DNA from: Octopus sinensis | Lineage: Eukaryota | Length of the DNA stretch: 60,830 nt | Reading direction: 5' to 3' | Assembly (NCBI RefSeq): GCF_006345805.1 | Contig: NW_021832420.1 | Coordinates: forward strand, 1-60,830 | In this document: piece after piece, positions 37,694 to 50,329 of the stretch | Layout of the letters: each line of letters opens with the position of its first letter | Position numbering within the stretch: the first letter of the stretch is position 1 | Notes under the pieces: model-generated | The model's database searches: none | Seen by the model: the letters and a program-made list of their open reading frames with translations, nothing else | What the model was told of the DNA's origin: nothing | Position numbers and translations under genes: made by a program

Positions 37694-38198
37694 GATAGGC
37701 TTCTTTCAGTTTCTGTCTACCAGATTGACTCAGGAGGCTTTGTTCAGCCTGGGGCAACATTAGAAGACACTTGGTCAACATGCCACTCGGTGGGACTGAA
37801 CCCAGAACTGTGAGGTTGGGAAGCAAGCATCTTATCATGCATCCATGCCTGTATCTATGCCATGCATTGTTCTTTACCGAAGTCATCACAATAGGTCAAA
37901 TCTTTACAAATGCACGTGAATACAATGTGCACCAGTTATATGCAGATGCAGCAGTCAGCAGACAAAGGAACCGCAGTAGTACATTTGTGTATGAGATGTC
38001 TCAGCTACTGGAATAGCCATGCTTTTGGTTGGTTTGTATTCATTTACAGCAGATCCAGTCTTGTTTTGTAGTATGGTATATGAGAGGGTAGGGGTGGGGT
38101 GGATGTTGGTCGGGGGGTGGGTGGGAGGTGCACTGTCTCTCTCTGTTGCTCTGTTTCTTTGTTTCTGTTGTTAACCGTCTGTCTGTGTACTCATCTGT

Positions 38199-38242
<44 letters not shown>

Positions 38243-38405
38243 TGCTCTCCCCCCTCCCCCCACACCATCATGCACATACATTAGGAGCTCGAAGCAGATC
38301 CAGTCTCACTATCCAACCCATACCAGAATGCAGGACAGACATTAAATGATAAGGATGATGACGATGGTGGTGGTAGTGGTGGTGGTGGTGGTGATAATGA
38401 TGATG

Positions 38406-38777
38406 ACGAGCTGGCAGAACCGATAGCACGCCGGGTGAAATGCGTAGCCGTATTTCGTCAGCCGTTACGTTCTGAGTTCAAATTCCGCCGAGGTCGACTT
38501 TGCCTTTCATCCTTTCGGGGTCGATAAATAAAGTACCAGTTACGCACTGGGGTCAATGGAATCGACTTAATCCCTTTGTCTATCCTTGGTGATGAGGATG
38601 ATGGTGATGATGATGAAGATGGCATGATATCTTCTACCTTTCACTTGCTTCAGTCATTTGACTGTAGCCATGAAGAACTTTATTCATGAGGCTACGAACC
38701 ACATGGTTCCGAGACTGAACCCGGAACCATGTGGTTTGTAAGCAAGCTACTTGCCACACAGCCACTCCTACGGCTAT

Positions 38778-38818
<41 letters not shown>

Positions 38819-39735
38819 AGACATATGTGTGTATGGAAGCATGAAGGAGGTGAATAAGAAGCTTGCTTCCCAACTGTGTGGTCTTGAGATGAATCCCACT
38901 GCCTTGGGACCTTAGGCATATATAACCCCAGGCTGACCAAGGCCTTGTCTCTAGATTTTGTAGGCAGAAACTGGAAGAAGCCCATTGCATACATACACAC
39001 AGATATATATGTGTGTGTGTGTAGTGTGTCTATGTGGCAGTATTTGTATCTCTGTGAGGCGGCGAGCTGGCAGAAACGTTAACACGCCGGGCGAAATGCG
39101 TAGCCGTATTTCATCTGCCGTTACGTTCTGAGTTCAAATTCCGCCGAGGTCGACTTTGCCTTTCATCCTTTTGGGGTCGATTAAATAAGTACCAGTTACG
39201 CACTGGGGTCGATGTAATGGATTTAATCCGTTTGTCTGTCCTTGTTTGTCCTCTCTGTGTTTAGCCCCTTGTGGGTAGTAAAGAAATAGGTATTTGTATC
39301 TCTGTGTGTGTGTCTGCATATTCTCTTGTACTCTTTTACTCTTTTACTTGTTTCAGTCATTTGACTGCAGCCGTGCTGGAGCACCGCCTTTAATCGAGCA
39401 ACTCGACCCCGGGACTTAATCTTTTGTAAGCCCAGTACTTATTCTATCGGTCTCTTTTGCCGAACCGCTAGCTAACGGGGACATAAGCACACCAGCATGG
39501 TTGTCAAGCAATGCTAGGGGGACACACACAAACACACACATGCACATATATATATATATATATATACATATATACGACGGGCTTCTTTCAGTTTCCGTCT
39601 ACCAAATCCACCCACAAGGCTTTGGTCGGCCCGAGGCTATAGCAGAAGACACATGCCCAAGGTGCCACGCAGTGGGACTGAGCCCGGAACCATGTGGTTG
39701 GTTAGCAAGCTACTTACCACACAGCCACTCCTGCG
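38406..39735. mobile_element. Dense SINE cluster (family A at 38406-38588 and 39057-39295 on +; family B at 38635-38990 and 39320-39735 on -)
   Basis: Same diagnostic blocks as other copies. Confidence 0.88.
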
Positions 39736-40449
39736 CCTCCTGCTTGTTCTAACATCACATGATGTTTGTAAACAAACATCAGTGTCATACAAAGAATGTC
39801 ATTTGTTTCTAATCTCTGTGGAAATCATGTTTAGCTTTGGTTTCAAATGTTGGCACCAGACCGACAAATTTGGTGGGGAGGGGGAAAATGGATTACATCT
39901 GCCCTAGTGTGCAACTGGTGCTTATTTTATCAATTATGTAAAGACGAAAGGCTAAGTCGACCGATCTCAGAACGTAAAGACACATGAAATACTGCTAAGC
40001 ATTTTTCCCAGAGTGCCAGCAATTCTGCCAATTTGCTGCTTTGAACCATAGAGAAATATTACGTTGCTTAGAAACAGGTGAGGGTTAGTGACAGGAACAG
40101 CATCCAGCCTTAGAAAATTTGCTCCTGCAAATACTATTTGACCATGTAAGCATGGAATAATATTTTCTACTCTCGGCACAAGGCCTGAAATTTTGGGGGA
40201 GGTGGCCAGTCGATTAGATTGACCCCAGTACATAATTGGTTCTTGATTTACTGACGCTGAAAGGATGAAAGGCAAAGTCGATCTTAGCGGAATTTGAACT
40301 CAGAACACAAAGACAGACAAAATACCACTAAGCATTTTCCCCAGCGTGCTAACGTTTCTGCCAGCATGGAATAATGAACACTGAATGATAGTGTGTATAT
40401 GTGTGTACGTGTGTTTGTCCACTTGCTTGTATATGAATATATATATAAT

Positions 40450-40700
40450 GTTCCTTCTCGAGCCATGCCAGGCTCATAAGAGCCAGTTTCCCGGTTTCAG
40501 TGGCGTAGAAATTCCCCACCTGGACAGGATGCCAGTCCGTCGAAGGATTACTCATTTTTGCCAGCTGAGTGGACTGGAGCAACGTGAAAATGAAGAGTTT
40601 TGCTTAAGACCACAACACATCACCTAGTCCAGGAATTGAAACCACAACCTTACGATCATGAGTTCATCACCCTAACCTCTAAGCCATGCACCTCCACACA
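40450..40700 (-). mobile_element. tRNA-related SINE family D (further copies at about 51590-51815 and 52345-52530)
   Basis: Minus-strand head GGCTTAGAGGTTAGGGTG...GGTTTCAATTCC and body GCTGAGTGGACTGGAGCAACGTG. Confidence 0.7.
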
Positions 40701-41219
40701 TATCTATATATATATATGTATGTATGTATGTTTGTATGTATTTGCATATGTATATGCCTTTTATTAATAATTGGCATGACTTAAGGGCTGAGAGTTTTGT
40801 GTATTGGCACTTGTAATATGTGCCAATGCATGAAATTCTTGGCCTTTGTGTCACTCCATAATTTCTGCCAATTATTAATTAAAGAAGGTATATGGTGAAA
40901 TAATTGTTTCTTATGTATGCTTTCAGACCCACCGTTCCAAAATAGTCTTATTTCACGTTCTCTTGAAAGTCTTTAAAATTCTTAGTGCATCAACATATAT
41001 ATTTGTGTGTGTGTGTGTGTGTGTATGTGTGTGTGTGTGTTGTGTGTGTGTACATACACATTAAGAAAGACATCCATTTTTGTAATGACATAGCGTGCAG
41101 TGCTTCCCCTTTTTAACCATGGCCCCTTTTGGTCCTTATCTTACTCAAATGGACCCTCATAGCTATTTGATGTTAAAAATTATGTTAAAAAATTCTATTG
41201 TATTTTTACGATTAAATAT

Positions 41220-41585
41220 TATTCGGATTTGTGGTTGGCATTAGGAAGGGCATCCAGCCGTAGAATCCATGCCAAATCAGATTGGAACCCAGTGCAGCTT
41301 CCTGGCTTACCAGTGAAACTGTCCAATCCGTGCCAGTGTGGAAATCGGAGGTTAAATGATACTCTTTTACTTGTTTCAGTCATTTGACTGTGGCCATGCT
41401 GGAGCACCACCTTTAGTTGAGCAAATTGGCCCCAGGACTTACTCTTTGTAAGCCTAGTACTTACTCTATCAGTCTCTTTTGCCAAACCGCTAAGTTACAG
41501 GGACGTAAACACACCAACATCTGTTGTCAAGCGATATTGCTGGGGACAAACACAAACACACAAACATATACACACACATACATAC

Positions 41586-41619
<34 letters not shown>

Positions 41620-41910
41620 GACAAGCTTCTTTCAGTTTCCATTTACCAAATCCACTCACAAGGCTTTGGTCGGCCCGAGGCTATTGTAGAAGAAAATTAC
41701 CCAAGTTGCCTTGCAGTGGGACTGAACCCGGAACCATGTGGTTGGTAAGCAAGCTACTTACCACACAGTCACTCCAGATGTTAAATGATACTCTTTTACT
41801 CTTTTACTTGTTTCAGTCATTTGACTGCGGCCATGCTGGAGCACCACCTTTAGTTGAGCAAATCGGCCCCTGGACTTATTCTTTTGTAAGCCCAGTACTT
41901 ATTCTATTCG
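41220..41910. mobile_element. Family C and family B SINEs tail-to-tail, with a local duplication (41351-41470 versus 41779-41910)
   Basis: GTTAAATGATACTCTTTTACT junction occurs twice with shared variants (ACCACCTTTAGTTGAGCAAAT). Confidence 0.75.
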
Positions 41911-42277
41911 TATCTTGAACCAGGGGACTTTTTAAAAGTTTGAGAAACAAGTATTTAGTCAATACACTCATCTAAAATATTTCCTACTACAAACTTGGAA
42001 TTCCCTATTTGTTGGCTATGCTCAATGCAACTCCTTTGAATATCACCACAACTGGAGCTGATGTAAGGGGAGTAAACCTGTCCCCACCGGCAGTACCCCT
42101 GCATGGACAAATATTTTTTGTCTAACTGACTGTGACATATCTCGTCTTCCAGTTGCAAAAGGTTATGTGCTTTCGGCCATTTGAGTCTGATAAGTTACCT
42201 ATACTGCAAAGTACTTTATAGGCGTTAAACTAATAGTTACTCTATGACTGGCCATATCATTTAATTTCCTAAATATA

Positions 42278-42680
42278 TATCATCATCATTTAACGTCCGT
42301 TTTCCATGCTAGCATGGGTTGGACAGTTCAACTGGGGTCTGGGAAGCCAGGAGGTTGCGCCAGACCCAGTCTGATCTGGCAGTGTTTCTACAGCTGGATG
42401 CCTTTCCTAACGCCAACCACTCCGAGAGTGTAGTGGGTGCTTTTTATGTGCCACCTGCACAGTTGCCAGGCGAGGCTGGCAAACGGCCACGATCGGATGG
42501 TGCTTTTTACGTGCCACCAGCATGGGGGCCAGACAAGGCTGGTAACGGCCACAATCGGATGGTGCTTTTTACGTGCCACTGGCACGGAGGCCAGTCGGGG
42601 CGGCACTGGCAACAGCCACGTTCGGACGGTTATCTTACGTGCCACAGGCACTGGTATCTCAGCTACAATATCCATTGATG
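42278..42680 (-). mobile_element. SINE family C with RTE-like tail (TGA)n and internal about 50-bp tandem repeats; similar copies at 44290-44480, 49750-50090, 50635-50775, 51840-52210 and 60650-60830
   Basis: CATCATTTAACGTCCGTTTTCCATGCTAGCATGGGTTGG...GGATGCCTTTCCTAACGCCAACCAC...TTTTTACGTGCCAC repeats. Confidence 0.85.
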
Positions 42681-42939
42681 TTGAAAGATTTTGATTTTGA
42701 TTTTGATTTTGATTTATATATATATATCATTTATATATTATATATATATATATCATCATCATCATCATCATCACCATCATTTATTGTCCATTTTTCATGT
42801 TGGCACTGGAACTGTCAAGGTCAGAGGTCACACCGGGGTCCATTGCCTGTGCTGGCATAGTTTCTATAGGTAGATGGTCCTCCCTAACACCAACCACTCC
42901 ACAGAGTGCACCAGGTGCTTTTTATGTGGCACCAGAATT

Positions 42940-43100
42940 CTACTGTGGCAGATGGATCTTCTCAAGTACAGTGAAGCGCCAGATATCATGGTCCTTTGTC
43001 ATCTCTTTTGTAAGGCTCGGTGTCTTGAGATCGGCCTTCACTATGTCATCCCAGGTCTTCCTGGGTCTCTCTCTTCCGCAAGTTCCATCCACTTTAAGTG
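42940..43100 (-). mobile_element. RTE-type LINE 3' fragment
   Basis: KVDGTCGRERPRKTWDDIVKADLK...DIWR matches the RTE C-terminal GRPRKTW motif. Confidence 0.8.
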
Positions 43101-43242
43101 ATCAGCATTATGTATGCATCTATTGATATCCATATGCATCACATGGATGTCAATAGTTGCCTAAAAGATGTACTTAAGCTTGAGTCAAATCCAAAGATTG
43201 TTAATAGTCATAATGCATGGATTAACCAGTGGCAAATAATAG

Positions 43243-43775
43243 ATTCTTCTTCTTCTTCTTCTTCTTCTTCTTCTTCTTCTTCTTCTTCTTCTTCTTCTTC
43301 TTCTTCTTCTTCTCTTCTTCTTCTTCTTCTTCTTCTTCTTCTTCTTTGCCCCTTGTGGAGCATAGGGCCTCAACATTTGTTTTCCACATTTTGCGGTCAT
43401 TGGCGTGTTGCTTGGCTGCTTCCCATGTCAGGCCGGTCGTCCTGAGCTCATCCAAAATGCTCCACTTCCATGTCTGCTTCGGGCGTCCTCGCTTCTTTTT
43501 CCTCTGCGGGTTCCAGTCAAGTGCTTGTCATGTTACATTTGGGGGTTCTTTCCACAGTGTGTGTCCGATCCAACTCCATTTCGTTTATCTCATCTGAACA
43601 TGTATGGGCTTCAGGTTGGCCCTTTCCCACAGGTCGGTGTTTGGCACTTTGTCAAACCACTTCAGATGGAGGATCTGCCGGAGACATTTGTTGAGGAAGG
43701 TCTAGATCTTCTTGTAGTTACTGTAGGTGGCTCTCCATGTTTCAGAGCCATACAAAAGCACAGATTTTACGTTCA
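43243..43775 (-). mobile_element. RTE-clade LINE 3' end with (GAA)n tail, inactivated by stops
   Basis: VKSVLLYGSETW...CLRQIL...WSWIGHTL...LDWNPQRKKKRGRPKQTW...EALCSTRGKEE. Confidence 0.93.
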
Positions 43776-44543
43776 AATGTAAAATAATAGATTAAAATAT
43801 CTTATTTCATATTTTTTAGATATGTTGGGAAATAGCATTTTGTTTTGTACTTTAACATCCAATGCTGAAACCTCACCAAAGATGTAAGCTCATTCAAGCC
43901 TCTCATCTCAAATTACCATGGTGGATAAAATAAATATAAAATACAATAAAATAAAATAAAATAACACATGAGTAATAATATATCAGGACCAATTTAATCA
44001 ATTATGATTGTTGCTCACAAATTTATGGACTTATGGCAGTGTTAAGAAATCAATATTTAATTTAACTATTAATTAATAATTGCTCAAAGAATATATTTGC
44101 ATATATTAAAATTTAAGTGTTGATATAACAAGAGAAACAAAGAAAGAGAGAAAGAGACAGACAGACAGGCAGGCAGACAGGCAGGCAGGCAGGTAGTCTG
44201 ACAGGCAGACAGACAAACAGTCAAAGATGGGGAAGAATGGTGAGAAGGAGAAGGAAGAAATATCAATGAGTTGCAATCTGTTTTCATCATCATCATCATC
44301 ATCTAATGTCTACTTTCCATGCTGGCATGGGTTGGATGACTTGACTGGAACTGCCACAGCCAGGGGCCACAACAGGTTCCTTAGCCTGTTTTGGCTTCGA
44401 TTCTATACCTGGATGCCCTTCCTAATGCCAACCACTTTGGTTGCTTTTTACGTGGGACCAACACCAGTACTTTTCATGTGGCACTTTGGTTTTAGGATAT
44501 TAATATATTCTTTTATTCTTTTACTCTTTTACTTGTTTCAGTC

Positions 44544-45085
44544 ATGACAGTATGAGTCTTCGAAGACAGTTGCTCCCATAAATACCAAAATAAAATTTGG
44601 GATTTATGGAAGGTCAAAGCTGGGAACAAAAACAGAACGTTGGAGGCATACAAGGAAACCAAATGAAAACAAACATGGAGGGTCGTTAGACCAGACGTCT
44701 TCTAATCGCTTTCTTCTATCTTTTCTCTTTTCAATGAAAATATTTCTCCAGCGTTCGCTATTTTATCCCCGTTCTGGTCTAACAACTCTCCATGTTTGTT
44801 TTTGTTCGTTTTCCTTGTATGTCTCCACTGTCCTGTTTTTGTTCCCAACTTTGACCCTCCATAAATCCCAAATTTTATTTTAGTACTTATGGGAACAACT
44901 GTCTTCGAAGACTCATATTGTCATTCAATGCTCGCAATGAGGAGTAGATAGACACCCGACAACTGATGAAGGGTCGTTCTTTGTGTTACTTGTCCTGTTT
45001 TCCATTTTTTCTCTTGTTGTTTGCGTATTTAACTCATTTGGTTTCGTATTTCATGTTGTTTGCTGTTGGTGACGTCCTGTACACA
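44544..45085. mobile_element. Inverted repeat (about 150-bp arms, 44544-44695 / 44771-44924) continuing into a probable Penelope-like tail
   Basis: The arms align at roughly 85-90% by eye. The right arm continues to ...GACGTCCTGTACACATATAT. Confidence 0.7.
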
Positions 45086-45097
45086 TATATGCACACC

Positions 45098-45131
<34 letters not shown>

Positions 45132-45132
<1 letters not shown>

Positions 45133-45345
45133 GTGACCGCATGTGTACCGTTGGTAATTTTTTTTTTCCTCTGTCTTCCCTTCTCTGGATCTTTCCTTCT
45201 CCTATGTTTCCGACAAAGAACTCCGCTCGAAACATTAAACTCTCTTTCTTTCCTTCTTTCCTGAGCGTCCAATAATACTATATTTGTTCCACGTCCTCGC
45301 GTTGTTGTGTTTTTTTGTGCTTTCTTGTTTGGATTAACTTTATAT
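45132..45345 (+). mobile_element. Penelope-like fragment (family of 10424-10625) with a decayed hammerhead at 45206-45240
   Basis: GTTTCCGACAAAGAACTCCGCTCGAAACATTAAAC. Confidence 0.72.
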
Positions 45346-45891
45346 ATATACTATACCTGAAAAGGAAATGTGGAATGGTCATGGCCCAGAACACTATTGA
45401 ACATTAGATCTGTTTGATCAGGGTTGACTTGAGCAGAAAAAAAATCATCATCATCATCATCATCATCAAGTGTGGATGAAAAATCAAACTGCTATGTGGT
45501 GGCTCAGTATGCTAGAAATAGCTGGTAAATCTCTGAGACAGACACATTAGATAAGGCAGCGTTAGATATACACTGACTGAAATATGAATGGATAAGGTGT
45601 TCAAAGCTGTGTATTTTTGACCACAGGTCAGCATGATTAAGGTCCACCTAGGCTCAGGGGCTAAACTGCAATAACAATGGAAGCAAGGATTTCATTCTGC
45701 TACTGATTTAGAGAAAAGCACGACCATCATATAACCTCATTCTGCTCCTCTATAAATGTTTCATCTTGAATTTAACAAAAATATAATTAAATGTGTATTT
45801 GAATGTATAGTTAAATGTGTGAGTGTGTGTATGTGTTTGTGTGTATGCATGTAGACATACAGATATATATGCACACGCACACACATATGTA

Positions 45892-46057
45892 CAAGGGGGT
45901 GCTGAAATGTTCCTGGCTCTAAGGGTATGTCACAAAACTGAAGGACTGCTGCAATAAGTGTGTGAATCTGAGAAGGGAATATGTTCAATAAAATCATAAT
46001 TAACTGATACTCATGTATTTTCTTTTACTCAAAGCCCGGAACTTTTCAGCACCCACT
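45892..46057. mobile_element. Mariner-derived MITE
   Basis: TACAAGGGGGTGCTGAAATGTTCCTGGCT / AGCCCGGAACTTTTCAGCACCC inverted ends. Confidence 0.7.
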
Positions 46058-46065
46058 CTTTTGTG

Positions 46066-46460
46066 TAGGAGTGGTTATGTTGTAAGTAGCTTGCTTACCA
46101 ACCACATGGTTCCGGGTTCAGTCCCACTGCATAGCAACTTGGGCAAGTGTCTTCTACTATAGCCTCAGGCCGACCAAGGCCTTGTGAGTGGATTTCGTAA
46201 ATGGAAACTGAAAGAAGCCCATTGTATATATGTATATATATGTATGTGTGTATATATATTTGTGTGTCTGTGTTTGTCCCCACCAACATCGCTTGACAAC
46301 AGGTGTGTTTACGTCCCCATAACTTAGCGGTTCGGCAAAAGCAACCAATGGAATGAGTACTAGGCTAACAAAGAATAAGTCCTGGGGTCGATTTGCTTGA
46401 CTAAAGGCCGTGCTCCAGCATGGCAACAGTCAAATGACTGAAACAAGTAAAAGAGAAAAA
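46066..46460 (+). mobile_element. SINE family B, full length
   Basis: Head GGAGTGGTTATGTTGTAAGTAGC and tail AATGACTGAAACAAGTAAAAGAG. Confidence 0.88.
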
Positions 46461-46973
46461 AGAGTATACACGCATAATATAAGATATATATATATATACA
46501 CACACACACTCACATAGATGTAAATACACAAACATGTATGTATACTTATATTTAAATATAAATGTGCATCTGTTTATACATATGCATATGCATACACACG
46601 CAGATACACACATGCATGCACACACACACACACACATATTCTGAGTTTTGCATTCCCAACTATATTAATGCATCTTCAATTATATTTTTGATGTAGCATG
46701 TTGCACATATTGACGAGTATGTGTGTATATGTCCATGTAGATACACACATTCATATATCTATCTATATATATGTATGTAGGTATGTATGTATGTATGCAT
46801 GCATGCATGTATGTATGTATGTATGTATGTGCATGTATGTATGTGTATAATGTTTATAAATATATGTTTCAATACACGTCATGTCTCCATGGAGATATTG
46901 CACTGACTTGTGCAGTATTGGTCAATGTGACGTCAGTATAGTTTTCTCCACATTGAAAAGAAAAGGGAAAGAA

Positions 46974-47014
<41 letters not shown>

Positions 47015-47159
47015 GAGGAGGGAGAGTGGGATGGAGTGGGGGAGGGGCAGCAGGGAGAGATGGAGAGAATTTCACAACATGATGTCATAGAATTGGTGCT
47101 ATAATGGTATTTGATATCGGTGTGCCAGTCTCTTAGGAACACATCTGCTGCTGCTGCTG

Positions 47160-47323
47160 CTTTGTGATAATAATGATGATGATGATGATGATGATGATGA
47201 TGCTGATGATCATCATCATCATCATCATCATCGTCGTCACCATTACCACAGTGATGGCAGTAGTGGTGGTGGTGGTGGTGGTGGTGGTGGCAGTGATGAT
47301 ATCGTAGCAGTGATGATGGTGGT

Positions 47324-47354
<31 letters not shown>

Positions 47355-48590
47355 GCGATGGTAGTGTTTGATGTTGATGGTGCGGTTGTGTGTCGGTAGT
47401 GGTGAGTACCAGGCAGGTGGTAGTTGTGGTGTTTGTAGTAATTGCGGTTGTGGTTGTGGCTGTAGCTGTTAATGTGGTAGTAGTAGTGGTAGTGGTGGTA
47501 TAATGGTGTTGACTGTTACATTAGTGGTGATCCTAGACGCTGTTGGTGATGTTGTTGTTTGTGGTGTTGGTGGTGGTAGTGGTGGTAGTGGTCATCGTCG
47601 TCTTCATGATAGTGGCAATGATGGTGGTGATGGTGGTGGTGGTGGTTGGTCCTGATGGTAGTAATGTATGTGGTTGTGGTGGTGGTAGTGGTGATGATGA
47701 TTGCGATAGTGGTGGTGGTTGTGGTGATAGTGAAGGTGGTTGTGGTAGTGGAGGTGGTTGTGGTGGTGGAGGTGGTTGTGGTGATGGTGGTGGTGATAGT
47801 GAAGGTGGTGGTGGTAGTGGTTGTGGCGGTGGTGGTAGTTGTCATTGCAGTTGGTATGTTGGTAGTATAATTGTTGTAATGCCCGTAGTACATATGATGA
47901 CGGTGTTGGTAGTAATGGTGGTAGTTGTGGTGGTAGTTGTGGTATTGTTGTTGGTGGTGGTGGTGATAGTGGTGGTTGTGGAGGTAGTAGTAGTGGTGGT
48001 AGTTGTGGTGGTGGTAGTGATGGTAGTGGAGATGGTGGTGATTGTGGTAGTGGTTGTGAAGGTAGTAGTAGTGGTGGCAGTGGTGATAGTGGTGGTTGTG
48101 CTGATGGTGGTAGTGGTTGTTGTTGTTGTGGTGGTGACAGTGTTAGCAGTGGTGATGACAGGGGAAGTGGTTAGTGCATAGCCTGTGGGTGGGGTCGCTT
48201 TTGTCATTGTGTCAATGGTAGCAGCAGTTGTTATTGTTCGGCCCCGTGGTGGCAGCGGCAGTGGTGGTGGTGGTGGTGATGGTGGTGATGGTGGTGGTGG
48301 TGGTGGTGGTGGTGGTGGTGGCAGTTGTGGCTTTTGTTGTGTTGCAGTAGTACGAGGGGGTGATGCTGTTTGCTATGTCCTGATTTTGCTGGTTGTCTTG
48401 ATGGTGGTCGAGGTTGCAGGTTGCAGGGAATGTGGTGATGACGGCCTTGTGATGACAGCAGCGATGGCGATGACGATGGTGATATCAGCTGTTGGGATAA
48501 CGACAGTTTATGGATATAATGAGAAGACACAGAATTCTAAGACTTTTATGAATAAGTGGTAGCAGTAGTGATGGTGGCAGAGTTGTCTAG

Positions 48591-48635
<45 letters not shown>

Positions 48636-48730
48636 ATAGCAGCAGCAGCAGTAGTGGTGGTGGTGGTGGTGGTTGGTGGTGGTGATGGTAGTAGTAGTGG
48701 TAGTGGTAGTGGTAGTAGTAGTAGTAGTGA
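47160..48730. repeat. About 1.6-kb degenerate (GGT/GTA/GAT)n trinucleotide region
   Basis: Direct inspection. It produces the poly-V/G/T/H ORFs. Confidence 0.95.
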
Positions 48731-48976
48731 AAGGTAGCATCAGATTTGCCATGGACACCAGAACGGTAAAGAAAAGATTGATCATATTTTTAATAGATAA
48801 TTGGCTGCTGATAGGTGAGTGTGGAAATATTACAAGAAGAGAGAACAGACATATAGATAGATAGACAGACAGATGGACTGATGGACAGATAGATGTAGAT
48901 GGGTGGGTAGGTGCATGGGTAAGGAGGTAGGCAGATATATATATATATATTATATATATATATATATATATTATAA

Positions 48977-49110
48977 ATATACTTTATTTAAAACAGCGGA
49001 AATTCAATAAGACCTGTTACTCTGAGTTTCACGTCCCCGTTCGTCGGACGTGAAACTCAGAGTAACAGGTTTTGTTGAATTTTCCGCTGCTTTAAATAAA
49101 GCATATTACT
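48977..49110. mobile_element. Penelope-like fold-back (about 61-bp arms, 9-nt loop) containing a hammerhead-like motif on the minus strand
   Basis: Minus strand CCGACGA-ACG(GGGA)CGT-GAAA-CTCAGAG-TA-ACAG. Stem I is disrupted at the fold-back junction. Confidence 0.7.
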
Positions 49111-49378
49111 CTACCACTGGTATTTGAGTACTCTTTTTCCATCTTGTTTCACATTTATGTGTTTACTCCGGTATATATAATATATATTATATATATATAA
49201 TAATAATAAATATTAGGGAATAAATCCAAATTTACAGGGAAAAATCAGATTTAGGATTAAATCCAATTTTATAGTAAAATATTATAAATATTATTAGAGA
49301 GACAAAACCACTATTTTGCAAAACAAACAAGGAAACTTAATCAATACATAAAATTTTAATAAATAGTCAAAAAAACCG

Positions 49379-49421
49379 CCACTACAATTGTTTCTTGTCT
49401 TGATCGACAATCTTCAGGTGG
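49379..49421 (-). ncRNA. Mirror copy of the 49464-49506 hammerhead
   Basis: Exact reverse complement in the left palindrome arm. Confidence 0.82.
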
Positions 49422-49463
49422 ACTTCCAATAAGTCAGTTTCTTGAAACTGACTTATTGGAAGT

Positions 49464-49506
49464 CCACCTGAAGATTGTCGATCAAGACAAGAAACAATTG
49501 TAGTGG
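49464..49506 (+). ncRNA. Minimal type-I hammerhead ribozyme motif, intact catalytic core
   Basis: CCAC-CTGAAGA-TTGTC(gatcaa)GACAA-GAAA-CAATTG-TA-GTGG: CUGANGA/GAAA core, 5-bp stem II, palindromic ACAATTGT stem III, GUA triplet, 4-bp stem I. Confidence 0.82.
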
Positions 49507-49592
49507 CGGTTTTTTTGACTATTTATTAAAATTTTATGTATTGATTAAGTCTTTCCTTGTTTGTTTGCAAAATAGTGGTTTTGTCTCTAATA

Positions 49593-49632
<40 letters not shown>

Positions 49633-50107
49633 GGAGTAAACACATAAATGTAAACATATATATATATTTATATATATAGGTAAGCTTACCATTTTATAGG
49701 TATATATATATATGTATATATATATGTGTGTGTGTGTGTGTGTATATATATCATCATCATCACCTTTGTTTAACATCTGCTTTCCATGCTAGCAATGGGT
49801 TGGATGATTTGACTGAGGTCTGGCGAACCAGATGGCTGTGTCAGGCTCCAATCTGATCTGGCAGAGTTTCCACAGCTGGATGTCCTTCCTAACGCCAACC
49901 ACTCCGAGAGTGTAGTGAGTGGTTTTACGTGCCACCGGCACGAGGGCCAGTCAGGTGGTACTGGCAACAGCCACGCTCAAATGGTGCTTTTTATGTTCCA
50001 CCTGCATAGGAGTCAGTCCGGCGGCACTGGCAACGACCTCGCTCAAATGTTTTTTGCACGTGCCACCAGCACAAGTGCTAGTAAAGCAACACAGATAACG
50101 ATCTCTC

Positions 50108-50181
<74 letters not shown>

Positions 50182-50329
50182 TAATTATGCACATATTCAT
50201 GCACACACACATATACTCACGTGTATGTGTATGTTTTCGAATAGCCTACTTATAGATAAAAATAGATTGGCAGACAGACATAATGGAAAATAGATAAGTA
50301 GGTATTTATGCAGAAAGATGGACTGGTAG

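Larger units (their letters stand above)
49286..49598. mobile_element. Near-perfect palindrome of a Penelope-like terminus (centre 49442/49443)
   Basis: The inner ~105 bp of each arm are exactly complementary around a TT spacer, with small indels distally. A further inverted pair lies at 49151-49176 / 49627-49652. Confidence 0.85.

Noticed and set aside
41955-42230. HITFCNW peptide reminiscent of TIMP/NTR domains and a 67-aa ORF
   Set aside because: The frame stops shortly afterwards, the rest does not align with TIMP cysteine spacing, and the splice sites are weak.
44955-44990. CTGATGA motif in the 44.5-45.1 kb element
   Set aside because: No downstream stem II or GAAA.
47516-48864. Thr-, Gly-, Val- and His-rich ORFs resembling mucins
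   Set aside because: Decayed trinucleotide microsatellite open in several frames on both strands; no splice boundaries.
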